Source of the DNA: a virus
IMG/VR virus record: IMGVR_UViG_3300021599_002733
Reading direction: 5' to 3' (one strand)
DNA: 64,000 nucleotides
In this document: piece by piece, positions 29,563-37,903 of the stretch
Position numbering within the stretch: the first letter of the stretch is position 1
Layout of the letters: each line of letters begins with the position of its first letter
Notes under the pieces: generated by a model
What the model was told of the DNA's origin: nothing
The model's database searches: none
Seen by the model: only the letters and a program-made list of their open reading frames with translations
Made by a program: the position numbers and the translations under genes

Positions 29563-30047
29563 TTTGTTATTTTTTTATTGTTTTGTATCATAAATCCATT
29601 TTTATGATTTCCTATTACATAATCATCTGCTTTTAAATTTACTTTAATATATTGCATCCATATATTGTTTTTTTGTCCAAGTTTATCAGGTTTATCTTCA
29701 CCTTCAATAAATAGTTGGGAGGGTTGATATTTTTTGATGAATTCATTTATTACTTGAATAACAGTAGAGATAATTTTAAAAAAATGTTTTAAATCGGTTT
29801 TAAATGCTTCTACACTTTGGTTATTGATTGTAAATTCAACTTCATATCCTGTGGAGCCTTCTTTAAATCTATGAAACATGACATTAACATTATTTTGTTG
29901 GTCATCTCTAAAATTGGTGAAAATTGTATTTCCTACTCCATTAAATAAAAAATCTTTTTCATATGGTTGAACACGTTGTCCTATTTCTAGAAGTTTTTGT
30001 TCACTTTCGTTTAGATTTTGTTTATAATTTTGGTAGGATCTTGCCAT
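29559..30047 (-). CDS. accessory protein (LNE/LLE leader), paralogue-like of 8262-8804 and 42495-42956
   Basis: FKIISTVIQVINEFIKKYQP..L.IEG...KNNIW..YI. Confidence 0.55.
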   Translation of the reverse strand: MARSYQNYKQNLNESEQKLLEIGQRVQPYEKDFLFNGVGNTIFTNFRDDQQNNVNVMFHRFKEGSTGYEVEFTINNQSVEAFKTDLKHFFKIISTVIQVINEFIKKYQPSQLFIEGEDKPDKLGQKNNIWMQYIKVNLKADDYVIGNHKNGFMIQNNKKITK

Positions 30048-30115
30048 TTTATTTTACTATGATATAGTTAATTTTAATATCTCCGAATGTTGTTGTGGTT
30101 GTGTAATACATATTT

Positions 30116-30466
30116 TTATCTTTTACCTCCATCATATGGAACCGCATGTCCTTCCAATATAAGAGTGTTATTAATACTGGGGGTGTTTAGATCTAAGTAT
30201 AGTTCTCCTAAACATCTTCCATATTTGTCTATTCCAAAGGATATAAGTATAAAATGGTTTTTGTTTATTTCTAATAATTGTTGTAAACGGGTTTTTGCTG
30301 CTAAACCTTTTGTTTTTTCTTCTTGGTTAGTAGTACGTGATTCAGGTGTATTGATTCCGTTTAGGCGGATGGTTATTTTTTTCCAAGTATCGAATCCTAA
30401 ATCTACTGTGGCTAAAACTGTATCGCCATCTATTATTTTTTCTACTTTTGCGTTGTATGTGTACAT
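30116..30466 (-). CDS. thermonuclease (SNase-like)
   Basis: IIDGDT, IRLNGINTPE, DKYGR.L, GHA..YDG. Confidence 0.88.
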   Translation of the reverse strand: MYTYNAKVEKIIDGDTVLATVDLGFDTWKKITIRLNGINTPESRTTNQEEKTKGLAAKTRLQQLLEINKNHFILISFGIDKYGRCLGELYLDLNTPSINNTLILEGHAVPYDGGKR

Positions 30467-30467
30467 A

Positions 30468-31244
30468 TCAAACTTCTCTTTTAGTGTCATAAGCAATAAT
30501 GTGGTCCCTACCAGTCATATTATATCCCTTTTCAGCACACATTTCAAATACAAGTGGATACATTTTAATTAGTTCCTCTCTACTGTCACCCGCAGGCATA
30601 ATATATGTTTTATGTTTTGGGATGTTCATTTTCAAACGAAAATCTTCAATTTCTTTTAAATTTTCTTCTGTGCTGTCCCATACTGGTTTGTAGTGGAAAT
30701 CTGTGTGGTATTCTATCATTTGAGCTATGGCTTCATAGTTCAATCGGAGTTTGTTGTGTTGGGATACCATCTTTTCATCTGTGATTGTACCTTGTGGAGT
30801 AGGGGTTCCAATAACAGGCACACTATTAGAAAACTTAGGACTAAGAGAGATAAGACCAATAGGATAATCAGTTTCCACAAAATGACTACCTTCAGTTTCA
30901 ATTGTAATGAGAATATCTCTTTCATGAGCAAAATGGGTTAACTCGTTAACTAAAGCAGGATGCATAGTTGGAGCACCACCTGTTAACATCATTTCCTTAA
31001 TGTGTGGGTTTTGGTTATATATTTCAATGATGTTATTGAATGTGTATTTACCTTTTTCTGGGTGGATTGAAGTGTAAAAAGAATCACACCACCCTCCTTC
31101 GCCAAAATAACACCTGTGGGTACACCCAGTAGTTCTAACTGCGATTGTAGGTCTTCCAAAACGGCTACCTTCAGATTGTACACATCTATATAGTTCTACT
31201 ATTGGTAGTACTTTGTTATAGTCTTCTATTCTTTTATTCTTCAT
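30468..31244 (-). CDS. queE: 7-carboxy-7-deazaguanine synthase (radical SAM)
   Basis: VQSEG...G.P...VR..GC...C...WCD, LTGG.P, IETEG, SLSPK. Confidence 0.88.
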   Translation of the reverse strand: MKNKRIEDYNKVLPIVELYRCVQSEGSRFGRPTIAVRTTGCTHRCYFGEGGWCDSFYTSIHPEKGKYTFNNIIEIYNQNPHIKEMMLTGGAPTMHPALVNELTHFAHERDILITIETEGSHFVETDYPIGLISLSPKFSNSVPVIGTPTPQGTITDEKMVSQHNKLRLNYEAIAQMIEYHTDFHYKPVWDSTEENLKEIEDFRLKMNIPKHKTYIMPAGDSREELIKMYPLVFEMCAEKGYNMTGRDHIIAYDTKREV

Positions 31245-31710
31245 ATATTGAGCTATTGTTATCGTTTTCAAAACATTCTACTTTGATGCATTTGCATCTT
31301 CCACCATCTGTTTTAGATAGTACTTCATTAAATTTGTCAAATACAAGTTTTGCACATGACTCTGCTCCCATTTTATCCATAACACGAAGTGCACATAGGC
31401 CTTCCATTGCTGCAGATTCAAAGAAATCTAGGTATGGATCATCTTTTTCGATCAACAATGTATGATCCCACATATGGTTCATCCAATCTTTCAAACCATT
31501 TCCTTTAGGTGCAGGTTTAAAACCACCATAATCTACAATCCAGTTCATATCATCTAGTTGGTTTTCCTCTAGTGGTTCGTTTGAAGCGAACCATACTTTA
31601 AATTTTAAAGCATAGCCATGCAATAGCTCACAGTGTGAGTGAGATGCTCTCCATTGTCTTAGTGCTACTGAATAATTTTCGAATAGTTTTGTTGAAATGT
31701 ATCTTCCCAT
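31234..31710 (-). CDS. queD: 6-carboxy-5,6,7,8-tetrahydropterin synthase
   Basis: HCELLHGY, WIVDYG, WDH, AES, E...N. Confidence 0.88.
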   Translation of the reverse strand: MGRYISTKLFENYSVALRQWRASHSHCELLHGYALKFKVWFASNEPLEENQLDDMNWIVDYGGFKPAPKGNGLKDWMNHMWDHTLLIEKDDPYLDFFESAAMEGLCALRVMDKMGAESCAKLVFDKFNEVLSKTDGGRCKCIKVECFENDNNSSIYEE

Positions 31711-31713
31711 GGT

Positions 31714-32013
31714 TTATTTTATAATTCCTAAATCTTTTAATTGTTCAGGTGTTAATGATTTAATTGGTGCAATACCGCTAATGTCTGGTTTAGGTTCTGC
31801 TAAAAACATTTCTTTAGCCGATGTAGGCGCTTTATGTGATTGTATGCGTGATAATGGTTCTTTCTTAAAGAAATAACCTGAGATATCTACATAACGAAGT
31901 AGTTCTTTATCACCTTCAATTGTTGTTGTTCCATTTGATGCTTTTAACATCACAATTTTATATCCAAATTTATTGGATAACCATTTGATAAATTTTACGT
32001 GTAATCTTTTCAT
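31714..32013 (-). CDS. hypothetical protein
   Basis: 99 aa between queC and queD. Confidence 0.55.
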   Translation of the reverse strand: MKRLHVKFIKWLSNKFGYKIVMLKASNGTTTIEGDKELLRYVDISGYFFKKEPLSRIQSHKAPTSAKEMFLAEPKPDISGIAPIKSLTPEQLKDLGIIK

Positions 32014-32016
32014 AAT

Positions 32017-32934
32017 TTAATTATTGTGTGTTTCTAATACTTTTGTTACTTCATTTACTACATGTTCCCATGTTACTTCACCATTTTCATCAGCATATTC
32101 TACAGGATCTTTACGTCCCAATTTAATAAATGCCTCTACACGTTCAACAGATGAAGCTGATTTATAGTCTGAGTACCATTTTGATGTTTTTTCTGCTTTA
32201 GAATAACGTCCTAATATTGATGGGTCTGTTATAATCGTTTTGGTAAATGAATCCCAATGAATTGGTTTATAAGATGTATTTGTTCTTGAATATACTTCAT
32301 CAAAATCTAAAAATAACTCTTTACATAATACTTCTCCATCTTGTAAAATGGTAAATTTATCTCCTTCAAGATATGGTGTAAAGTAACCTACTTTATCTGC
32401 ATCCCAATTTCCCATTCTAAAGGCATGGTCATCTGCATCTCTAAATTCTTGTCTGCAATCAGGATAAATTGCATGATCACCTGCATGAATTCCCATTGCA
32501 ATATCGCATTGCTCACCTGTTTTATTTGCTACTGAAAGTGCAACTGCTTGAACAATAGAGGCAAATATTTTGTTCCGGTTTGGAACAACTGTTGCTTTCA
32601 TGTTTTCTTCAGCATAGTGTCCTTCAGGAACATCATCTCCACCTGTTACTAAAGCTGAATCTAAAAGATCAACTAATCCATTTAATTGGATTTGACGGTA
32701 AGTGATAGGGGAATATTTACCGAAATCATCTCCTCTATGGTTGGTTTCATAAGAATTATCGTTTAAATAAACTACCAACGATTGAGCGCGTTCAAGCTCA
32801 ACTCGATGCTTTTGTCCATAATCAAATGAAATTGCTGTTACCGTGTCGTATTCTTTAAGACAACGTAACAAAAGTGTGCTGGAATCCATTCCTCCACTCA
32901 GGGAAATCACTACATGTTTTTTGTTTTGTTTCAT
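32017..32934 (-). CDS. queC: 7-cyano-7-deazaguanine synthase
   Basis: SLSGGMDSS, FDYGQKH..E, TVVPNRN, YPDCR. Confidence 0.93.
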   Translation of the reverse strand: MKQNKKHVVISLSGGMDSSTLLLRCLKEYDTVTAISFDYGQKHRVELERAQSLVVYLNDNSYETNHRGDDFGKYSPITYRQIQLNGLVDLLDSALVTGGDDVPEGHYAEENMKATVVPNRNKIFASIVQAVALSVANKTGEQCDIAMGIHAGDHAIYPDCRQEFRDADDHAFRMGNWDADKVGYFTPYLEGDKFTILQDGEVLCKELFLDFDEVYSRTNTSYKPIHWDSFTKTIITDPSILGRYSKAEKTSKWYSDYKSASSVERVEAFIKLGRKDPVEYADENGEVTWEHVVNEVTKVLETHNN

Positions 32935-33368
32935 ATATAACTGTTTATGTTTATGTGTTTATTGGATGCGATATCTTTGGATATATCAGTGAATATATTT
33001 TTCATTTGGTTGTGTAATGCGGGTAAATCATTGTAGTTGATATGGTGTGATGGTTTATAGTAATCGGCTTCAACCATACTAATCAAGTCCTCTAATTGGT
33101 CTAGATTGCCTAATGGTTCTCCCCACAATAATTTAATCAAATCACGTTCTTTTAAAGTACCTTTAGAGTAACGTTTTATACTAGCTACCCAACCATTAAA
33201 TTTTCCTCTCCAATGTGATTGGTTTTTTGAATCTTTATACATTAATATTTTTAGCAATTCCATACTTGTGTTGAGACTAATGTCACGTACTTTATTCATA
33301 GCGGTTTTACGGTTGTATGCTAGCTCAAATATACGTGTTTCCATTAATATGTCCAACAGTTTGATCAT
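32931..33368 (-). CDS. accessory protein with MIKLLDILME leader, DUF29-like helical domain (tentative)
   Basis: ELLKI.......SHW pattern reminiscent of DUF29. Confidence 0.45.
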   Translation of the reverse strand: MIKLLDILMETRIFELAYNRKTAMNKVRDISLNTSMELLKILMYKDSKNQSHWRGKFNGWVASIKRYSKGTLKERDLIKLLWGEPLGNLDQLEDLISMVEADYYKPSHHINYNDLPALHNQMKNIFTDISKDIASNKHININSYI

Positions 33369-33613
33369 AGTTTATTTTCGAAAATTGTATTAAATGATTC
33401 TTCTAAATAATCCAAAGCTTCATCTATATTTTCAAACAGATAATCTTCTTTTTCTATTGTAAGATCTTCTAAAATTATTCTTTCAAAAGTTTCTTTTACT
33501 AAATTTAAAAAATTCTTTGTAAGATCGGGTTGGTGTTTTTTAATATAAGGTAAAGCTTTATCTAATCTTCTACCTAACCACACCAATTCACTTATTTCTT
33601 TTTCTGATTTCAT
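33365..33613 (-). CDS. hypothetical protein
   Basis: 82 aa coupled ORF. Confidence 0.5.
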   Translation of the reverse strand: MKSEKEISELVWLGRRLDKALPYIKKHQPDLTKNFLNLVKETFERIILEDLTIEKEDYLFENIDEALDYLEESFNTIFENKL

Positions 33614-33761
33614 CAGCGATATATTTAATGTTTTTAGCTAATTGATCTACTTTTTCTTTAAATTCAGGGTCAATACCTTTTTTTTCTTCTTGTATGCCGG
33701 CTAGTTTTTTCATACGTTTTCTTTCTTCGTAATCTCTTCCGGCTTTTTCACATGGTCCCAT
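33588..33761 (-). CDS. small tagged protein (57 aa, RMKKLAGIQEE; not in ORF track)
   Basis: MGPCEKAGRDYEERKRMKKLAGIQEEKKGIDPEFKEKVDQLAKNIKYIADEIRKRNK*. Confidence 0.65.
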   Translation of the reverse strand: MGPCEKAGRDYEERKRMKKLAGIQEEKKGIDPEFKEKVDQLAKNIKYIADEIRKRNK

Positions 33762-33762
33762 A

Positions 33763-33906
33763 TTATAGTTTATTTGCTATTTTTTTAATAGTTTCTTCTT
33801 CCTCTGCTGTTAAACGCAAACGTGACATTGGCTTTAATAATTTTAAAATCAAATCATGCCATTCTTGGTCTAGTGTATTACTGTTAGGTGGGTATTTCTT
33901 TGCCAT
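33763..33906 (-). CDS. small hypothetical protein (47 aa; not in ORF track)
   Basis: MAKKYPPNSNTLDQEWHDLILKLLKPMSRLRLTAEEEETIKKIANKL*; fills gap. Confidence 0.55.
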   Translation of the reverse strand: MAKKYPPNSNTLDQEWHDLILKLLKPMSRLRLTAEEEETIKKIANKL

Positions 33907-33908
33907 AA

Positions 33909-34208
33909 TCAAAAAGGTAAATCATCATCACCAAGATTTCCCATCCAATCATGACCTTTAGGTAAATCATCATCTATATCGGATTGAATTTGCCCTGGTA
34001 GGGTTTCTAGGAAAGAAGTTGTTTCTTTTAGAAAATACATTTCTAGAAAATCTCTTGGGTATAAAAGAACTTTACCTTTAAATTTTGAATTTGATACTTC
34101 ACGGGTTTGAGCTTTAATTCCTTGTTTGCTAGCAGCGTCCCATACTTCTTTACCTAATTTTTCACCTGCTGGTTTTCTTAGGTAATCATATAAACTTAAA
34201 TATTCCAT
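33909..34208 (-). CDS. hypothetical protein with acidic DDDLPF C-terminus
   Basis: SLYDYL.K.AG..LG; SSB-like tail; start at MEYLS. Confidence 0.6.
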   Translation of the reverse strand: MEYLSLYDYLRKPAGEKLGKEVWDAASKQGIKAQTREVSNSKFKGKVLLYPRDFLEMYFLKETTSFLETLPGQIQSDIDDDLPKGHDWMGNLGDDDLPF

Positions 34209-34224
34209 AACTTTTAATTTTGGT

Positions 34225-34255
34225 TTAATATACAAAAGAAAAATATGGACTCCAA
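34225..34255 (-). promoter_or_regulatory. promoter TTG-N20-TATATTAA
   Basis: Exact spacing. Confidence 0.6.
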
Positions 34256-34256
34256 A

Positions 34257-35051
34257 TTAGAGTCCATTTATTTTTCTAAACATTTGAACATTATATTCTA
34301 CAAGATCTTCATTTACAAACTCCAAACTTATATCTTGATATTTGTTCATGTTAGCTATTGGTTTGGAAGATAAACCCATGTTTGTATATGGCATTTCTCC
34401 AATAGCGGCCATTACAGGGTTTGATGTATCAATTGATTCTATACATTTCATCCCATTATATAAACCAAATTCAATAGGAGATGCTGTTCCAAGCAAATGT
34501 ACTCTATCTGTGTCGGTTAGTATTTTGTCTTTTAGCAATTGTGATATAACTGTAAAACGTCCAATTGCTTTTCCAAGGTCTTTGTTTGGGTGAGGGCACA
34601 TTTCATTGTAGTATGAAGCACCATATGAATATGCTATCTTTTTATAGCCAAAATCTTTATATGCTTGTGTACATAGAACAGCTTCGTGGTAAGATTTTGC
34701 TTGTACTACAGCTACTTTCATTACTCCATCAGGTAGTTCAATTTGAGACCATAGTTTTGCATTTCTAACTGAGGCGTCTTTGTCCTCCCAAACATCAGGT
34801 ACAATAAATTCATTTGGTTCAAGTTTATTTATCCAATACATTAAACGATCTGTATTATATGCTTGACCTAATTCATGGAGTGAATTATCCATTACAATGT
34901 AGCGGGCTACATTTTTTGAGTTAAGAAAGAATGTACTATATTCTTCGTTTTCATCCATCAAATGGGGTAAGAGGTAATCAAAATCATTGAACTCTCGACT
35001 TTTCTCTAAAAGACAAAAAGGAACTTCATGTGATATTTTCATTTTTTTCAT
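34257..35051 (-). CDS. TGT-fold protein, putative DpdA-type 7-deazaguanine transglycosylase
   Basis: MDNS, VPDV, AVVQ, VHLLG, SIDTS in TGT barrel order; next to queC/D/E/folE. Confidence 0.7.
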   Translation of the reverse strand: MKKMKISHEVPFCLLEKSREFNDFDYLLPHLMDENEEYSTFFLNSKNVARYIVMDNSLHELGQAYNTDRLMYWINKLEPNEFIVPDVWEDKDASVRNAKLWSQIELPDGVMKVAVVQAKSYHEAVLCTQAYKDFGYKKIAYSYGASYYNEMCPHPNKDLGKAIGRFTVISQLLKDKILTDTDRVHLLGTASPIEFGLYNGMKCIESIDTSNPVMAAIGEMPYTNMGLSSKPIANMNKYQDISLEFVNEDLVEYNVQMFRKINGL

Positions 35052-35078
35052 AACTTTAAATTTTATCGAATATAATAA

Positions 35079-35684
35079 CTAAATTTTGTACCTCCAAATA
35101 TATCCAACAGAAGTAGCATTTTCTCCTTTTCTTAAAGCATTGTTAATCGCTGTAGGGTTTCCACCAACATTTCGAGCTGCTTCTTCAATGCTGGGGTGTT
35201 CTTGGATAAAATTCCCTTGTTTGTCATATTGGAGGACAGGTTTGTTATTGGATGGGATAGGTTTTCCTTTTTTAGATTGGCTTATTTTAAGTTTATTTTC
35301 TTCACTTCGTGTTTTACCTTTCCAATGGGAATTTTTTCTTTTACCTACATTCAATTTTCCTTTTTCGCTAATAAGTTTTCTGGTGTTTTCGTTGTGGGCT
35401 TCTACCCCACCTCCTCCAGGGTTTGAATTTAAACCTTCACTATATGAGTTATAGAATTCAATCCAGTATTTTTCTCGTTGAGCTAACAAAATTTCAATAT
35501 CTTCTATCACTTCAAATGTATGGTTTTCAAAACCGTATATTTCAAAGGATTGATTTAATTTTGGTTGTTTTTCAGTTTTACTACTATTCTTGTAATTCAT
35601 CCATCTAACATGGATATTTTGTGAACATCCTATATAAACTTCTCCTTTTGGGTTTGTAATTTTATAAATTCCACTTTTTTTCAT
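35079..35684 (-). mobile_element. free-standing GIY-YIG homing endonuclease (NUMOD3 + NUMOD1)
   Basis: SGIYKITN...YIG.S.NI..RW, REKYWI, GLN...GG, SEENKLKIS, PVLQYD..GNFIQE. Confidence 0.9.
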
Positions 35685-35704
35685 GTTTCCCGTTTATTAT
35701 ACAT

Positions 35705-35741
35705 ATGTGGAAGACAATAAAAAATGCGGGAGACAGTAAAA
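35705..35741 (-). repeat. tandem 18-bp imperfect direct repeat overlapping HEG late promoter (TTTTAYTGTCTYCCRCAT x2)
   Basis: 35705-35722 and 35724-35741 differ at 3 positions, all third positions of F-Y-C-L-P-H codons. Confidence 0.85.
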
Positions 35742-35746
35742 TATTT

Positions 35747-36232
35747 TTACTCTTTTACTACTAGTTCTTCTCCTATCAATGCAAAGTATAGGTTTTGGAG
35801 TTCATGAACATGGATTAAATCTTTTAAAGACCAAGTTGGAGGTGAAATTCCTTCCACTGTAATACCCATATGTTTTCTTTCAGGGTTAACAAAAGATTTC
35901 ATAATGATGATGTTTTTTAATTTGTAAATATCACACCCACTCATATTATAATCTTGTTTAACAAACCCAAATTTTAACAACCATTCTTCTGTTAGTGGGA
36001 TTGGGTCAATGTCTAAATCTCTACATCCACTATGGATGGTTCCACCCATTATTTTACCTGGGATTTCATAGAAGCAGATGATTTTGCATCCTTTCATTGC
36101 GGAGCCATCGTTAAATCCAGTTATTTGGAATTCATTGGTTTTATAGATATCGTATCCTGTCTCCCATCCATCTTCAAAGATTTCGTCTTTTATTTTAACC
36201 CAATTTCCAATCCTTAATTCACTTGCTCTCAT
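35747..36232 (-). CDS. conserved Bacteroidota-phage protein (ELRIGN...PIPLTEEWL family)
   Basis: MRASELRIGNWV, PIPLTEEWLLKFGF, VHELQNLYFAL.GEEL. Confidence 0.7.
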   Translation of the reverse strand: MRASELRIGNWVKIKDEIFEDGWETGYDIYKTNEFQITGFNDGSAMKGCKIICFYEIPGKIMGGTIHSGCRDLDIDPIPLTEEWLLKFGFVKQDYNMSGCDIYKLKNIIIMKSFVNPERKHMGITVEGISPPTWSLKDLIHVHELQNLYFALIGEELVVKE

Positions 36233-36236
36233 GACA

Positions 36237-36503
36237 TCAATTATATGCAAAATTTTTCTCTTGGGCAACTACTCTATATTCCATTTTACCATCTTCTGTT
36301 TCTTGAAAACGCGTAGCATCATATCCAATCCATTTCATACCCCATTTAGTGGTTCCTGAGTTTGAAATACCTTTAAGGATGTAAACTTGTTGATCTAAAA
36401 AATTACAATATTCTTCTTCTACATGGTATGTTTGTCCTTCTTTAACACTTGCTCCACGAGGGAGATTTTTGTCATTGATACAAATTACTTTTTTCATTTC
36501 CAT
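36237..36503 (-). CDS. hypothetical protein
   Basis: KVICIND...GYDATRF. Confidence 0.6.
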   Translation of the reverse strand: MEMKKVICINDKNLPRGASVKEGQTYHVEEEYCNFLDQQVYILKGISNSGTTKWGMKWIGYDATRFQETEDGKMEYRVVAQEKNFAYN

Positions 36504-37012
36504 TTTATTTTGTGATTTAATACTTTAATAGCATATCCATTTATTTGAGGATATCCTGTGTTATAGTATCCAAACACAATTCCCCAATTTTTATATTTTT
36601 TATACAATCTACGAAGCATTTTCATAGAAGTACGCACATTGTATTTTATATCAGTTTTTAATTGTTCACGAGAAACATGGTCTTTGTTTAAACCTCTAGC
36701 AGTAGAAAGCAATACCTGCATTGGTCCCAATGCGTTTGCACAGGAGGTTTGTGCAGGGTTGTATCTCCAATGGAATGGTCCATTATATCCTGTTTCTACT
36801 TTAGCTACTCCATAAGCATATCGTTTAGGGATATTGAATGAATCAGCATAGTATTCTATATAATGATACATTTGAATACAAGGAGGATCTGTTGGTGTAA
36901 CAGGGTGCATATCCCGAAGTGGTTCTTGTGGTGGTGGGGATGGGGGTGGGGTTAAAGATGCTAATAGCAAAAGCCCCACAGATGATCCAAATAAAACTTT
37001 TATCTTATTCAT
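36494..37012 (-). CDS. lytic transglycosylase (SLT-like) with N-terminal signal anchor
   Basis: VAKVETG catalytic Glu, ALGPMQV, NV...., GYYNTG. Confidence 0.8.
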   Translation of the reverse strand: MNKIKVLFGSSVGLLLLASLTPPPSPPPQEPLRDMHPVTPTDPPCIQMYHYIEYYADSFNIPKRYAYGVAKVETGYNGPFHWRYNPAQTSCANALGPMQVLLSTARGLNKDHVSREQLKTDIKYNVRTSMKMLRRLYKKYKNWGIVFGYYNTGYPQINGYAIKVLNHKIKWK

Positions 37013-37322
37013 TAGTGACAGCATTTTGATAAATACGATTAGTATACATTTTAAATATAGTCATTCCGATTTTATCTGAATAAATGACATATTTTCCTGT
37101 TTTTCTATCTAGCATGAGTAATTCGTTGCTTTCGTTTACAGCAATAGAGATTTCATCAGCATCATAAGCATGAGAGTAGGGGTTATCTTGTACATGAGGA
37201 TTAGTATGAGGAAATCTTTTACCAATAAAGAATCCAATTACTAAAGCTCCTACAATGATAGCATATGTAAATGCTTTTTTAGCAAAGGCCATAACCTTTT
37301 CTTTGTTCAAAACTGTTTTCAT
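37005..37322 (-). CDS. membrane-anchored protein
   Basis: TM YAIIVGALVIGFFIG; start at MKTVL. Confidence 0.6.
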   Translation of the reverse strand: MKTVLNKEKVMAFAKKAFTYAIIVGALVIGFFIGKRFPHTNPHVQDNPYSHAYDADEISIAVNESNELLMLDRKTGKYVIYSDKIGMTIFKMYTNRIYQNAVTNE

Positions 37323-37344
37323 ATAACTTATTTTTAGATTTAAT

Positions 37345-37857
37345 TTAAGATACGGAAGGATTTTTAGGAGGCCTACCTCTCCTTTCAATTTTTTTACCAG
37401 AACGTTCAAATGTTTTTAAACAATACATATAAAATTCCTCAGTTGTACCATCAAAGTTTATAACATGTGTTTCATATTCCTGGCTGGTCAGAATAAATTC
37501 TCGGGTAAAGTTCTTTTTTAGCTCAGCTAACAGATCAACTTCTATTTTGTTAAAGTCTTCCCATAAACGTTTTCTACGAGCTAAATCAACAGCATGTTTT
37601 TCTAGTAAACGTTGAATATCACCTCTATATTCTTCTGCTTTTGCATTGATTTCCATCTCACAAAACAACGCTTGCCAATAATAGTGGGAAAATTCATATT
37701 CTTTATTTTGAATACGTTGTAAAAACGTTGCTCCTTTTGGGAGTGGTTTTGTTTTTGAATCAAAACGCCTCCACCATCTAAATTGATTGTAGTTTAGCGG
37801 TTGTAATTTTTTGATTTCTTTAAGTACAAGATTGGGATTATTGATTCTATATAACAT
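37345..37857 (-). CDS. hypothetical protein, C-terminal RRGRPPK AT-hook-like
   Basis: YNQFRWWRRF; 170 aa. Confidence 0.6.
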   Translation of the reverse strand: MLYRINNPNLVLKEIKKLQPLNYNQFRWWRRFDSKTKPLPKGATFLQRIQNKEYEFSHYYWQALFCEMEINAKAEEYRGDIQRLLEKHAVDLARRKRLWEDFNKIEVDLLAELKKNFTREFILTSQEYETHVINFDGTTEEFYMYCLKTFERSGKKIERRGRPPKNPSVS

Positions 37858-37872
37858 AACCTTAATTTTAAT

Positions 37873-37903
37873 AAAATATACGAAAAAATTTTTAATGAGC
37901 CAA
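37873..37903 (-). promoter_or_regulatory. promoter TTG-N20-TATATTTT
   Basis: Exact spacing. Confidence 0.55.

Noticed and set aside
31714-32013. C-terminal LKDLGIIK as another copy of the LAGII tag
   Set aside because: Only GIIK matches, with no LxE boundary or late motif; not counted.
35705-35741. Repeats as a mini-CRISPR or guide-RNA array
   Set aside because: Only two units, no spacer, and they lie upstream of or overlapping the late promoter so would not be on the late transcript; an operator is the simpler reading.
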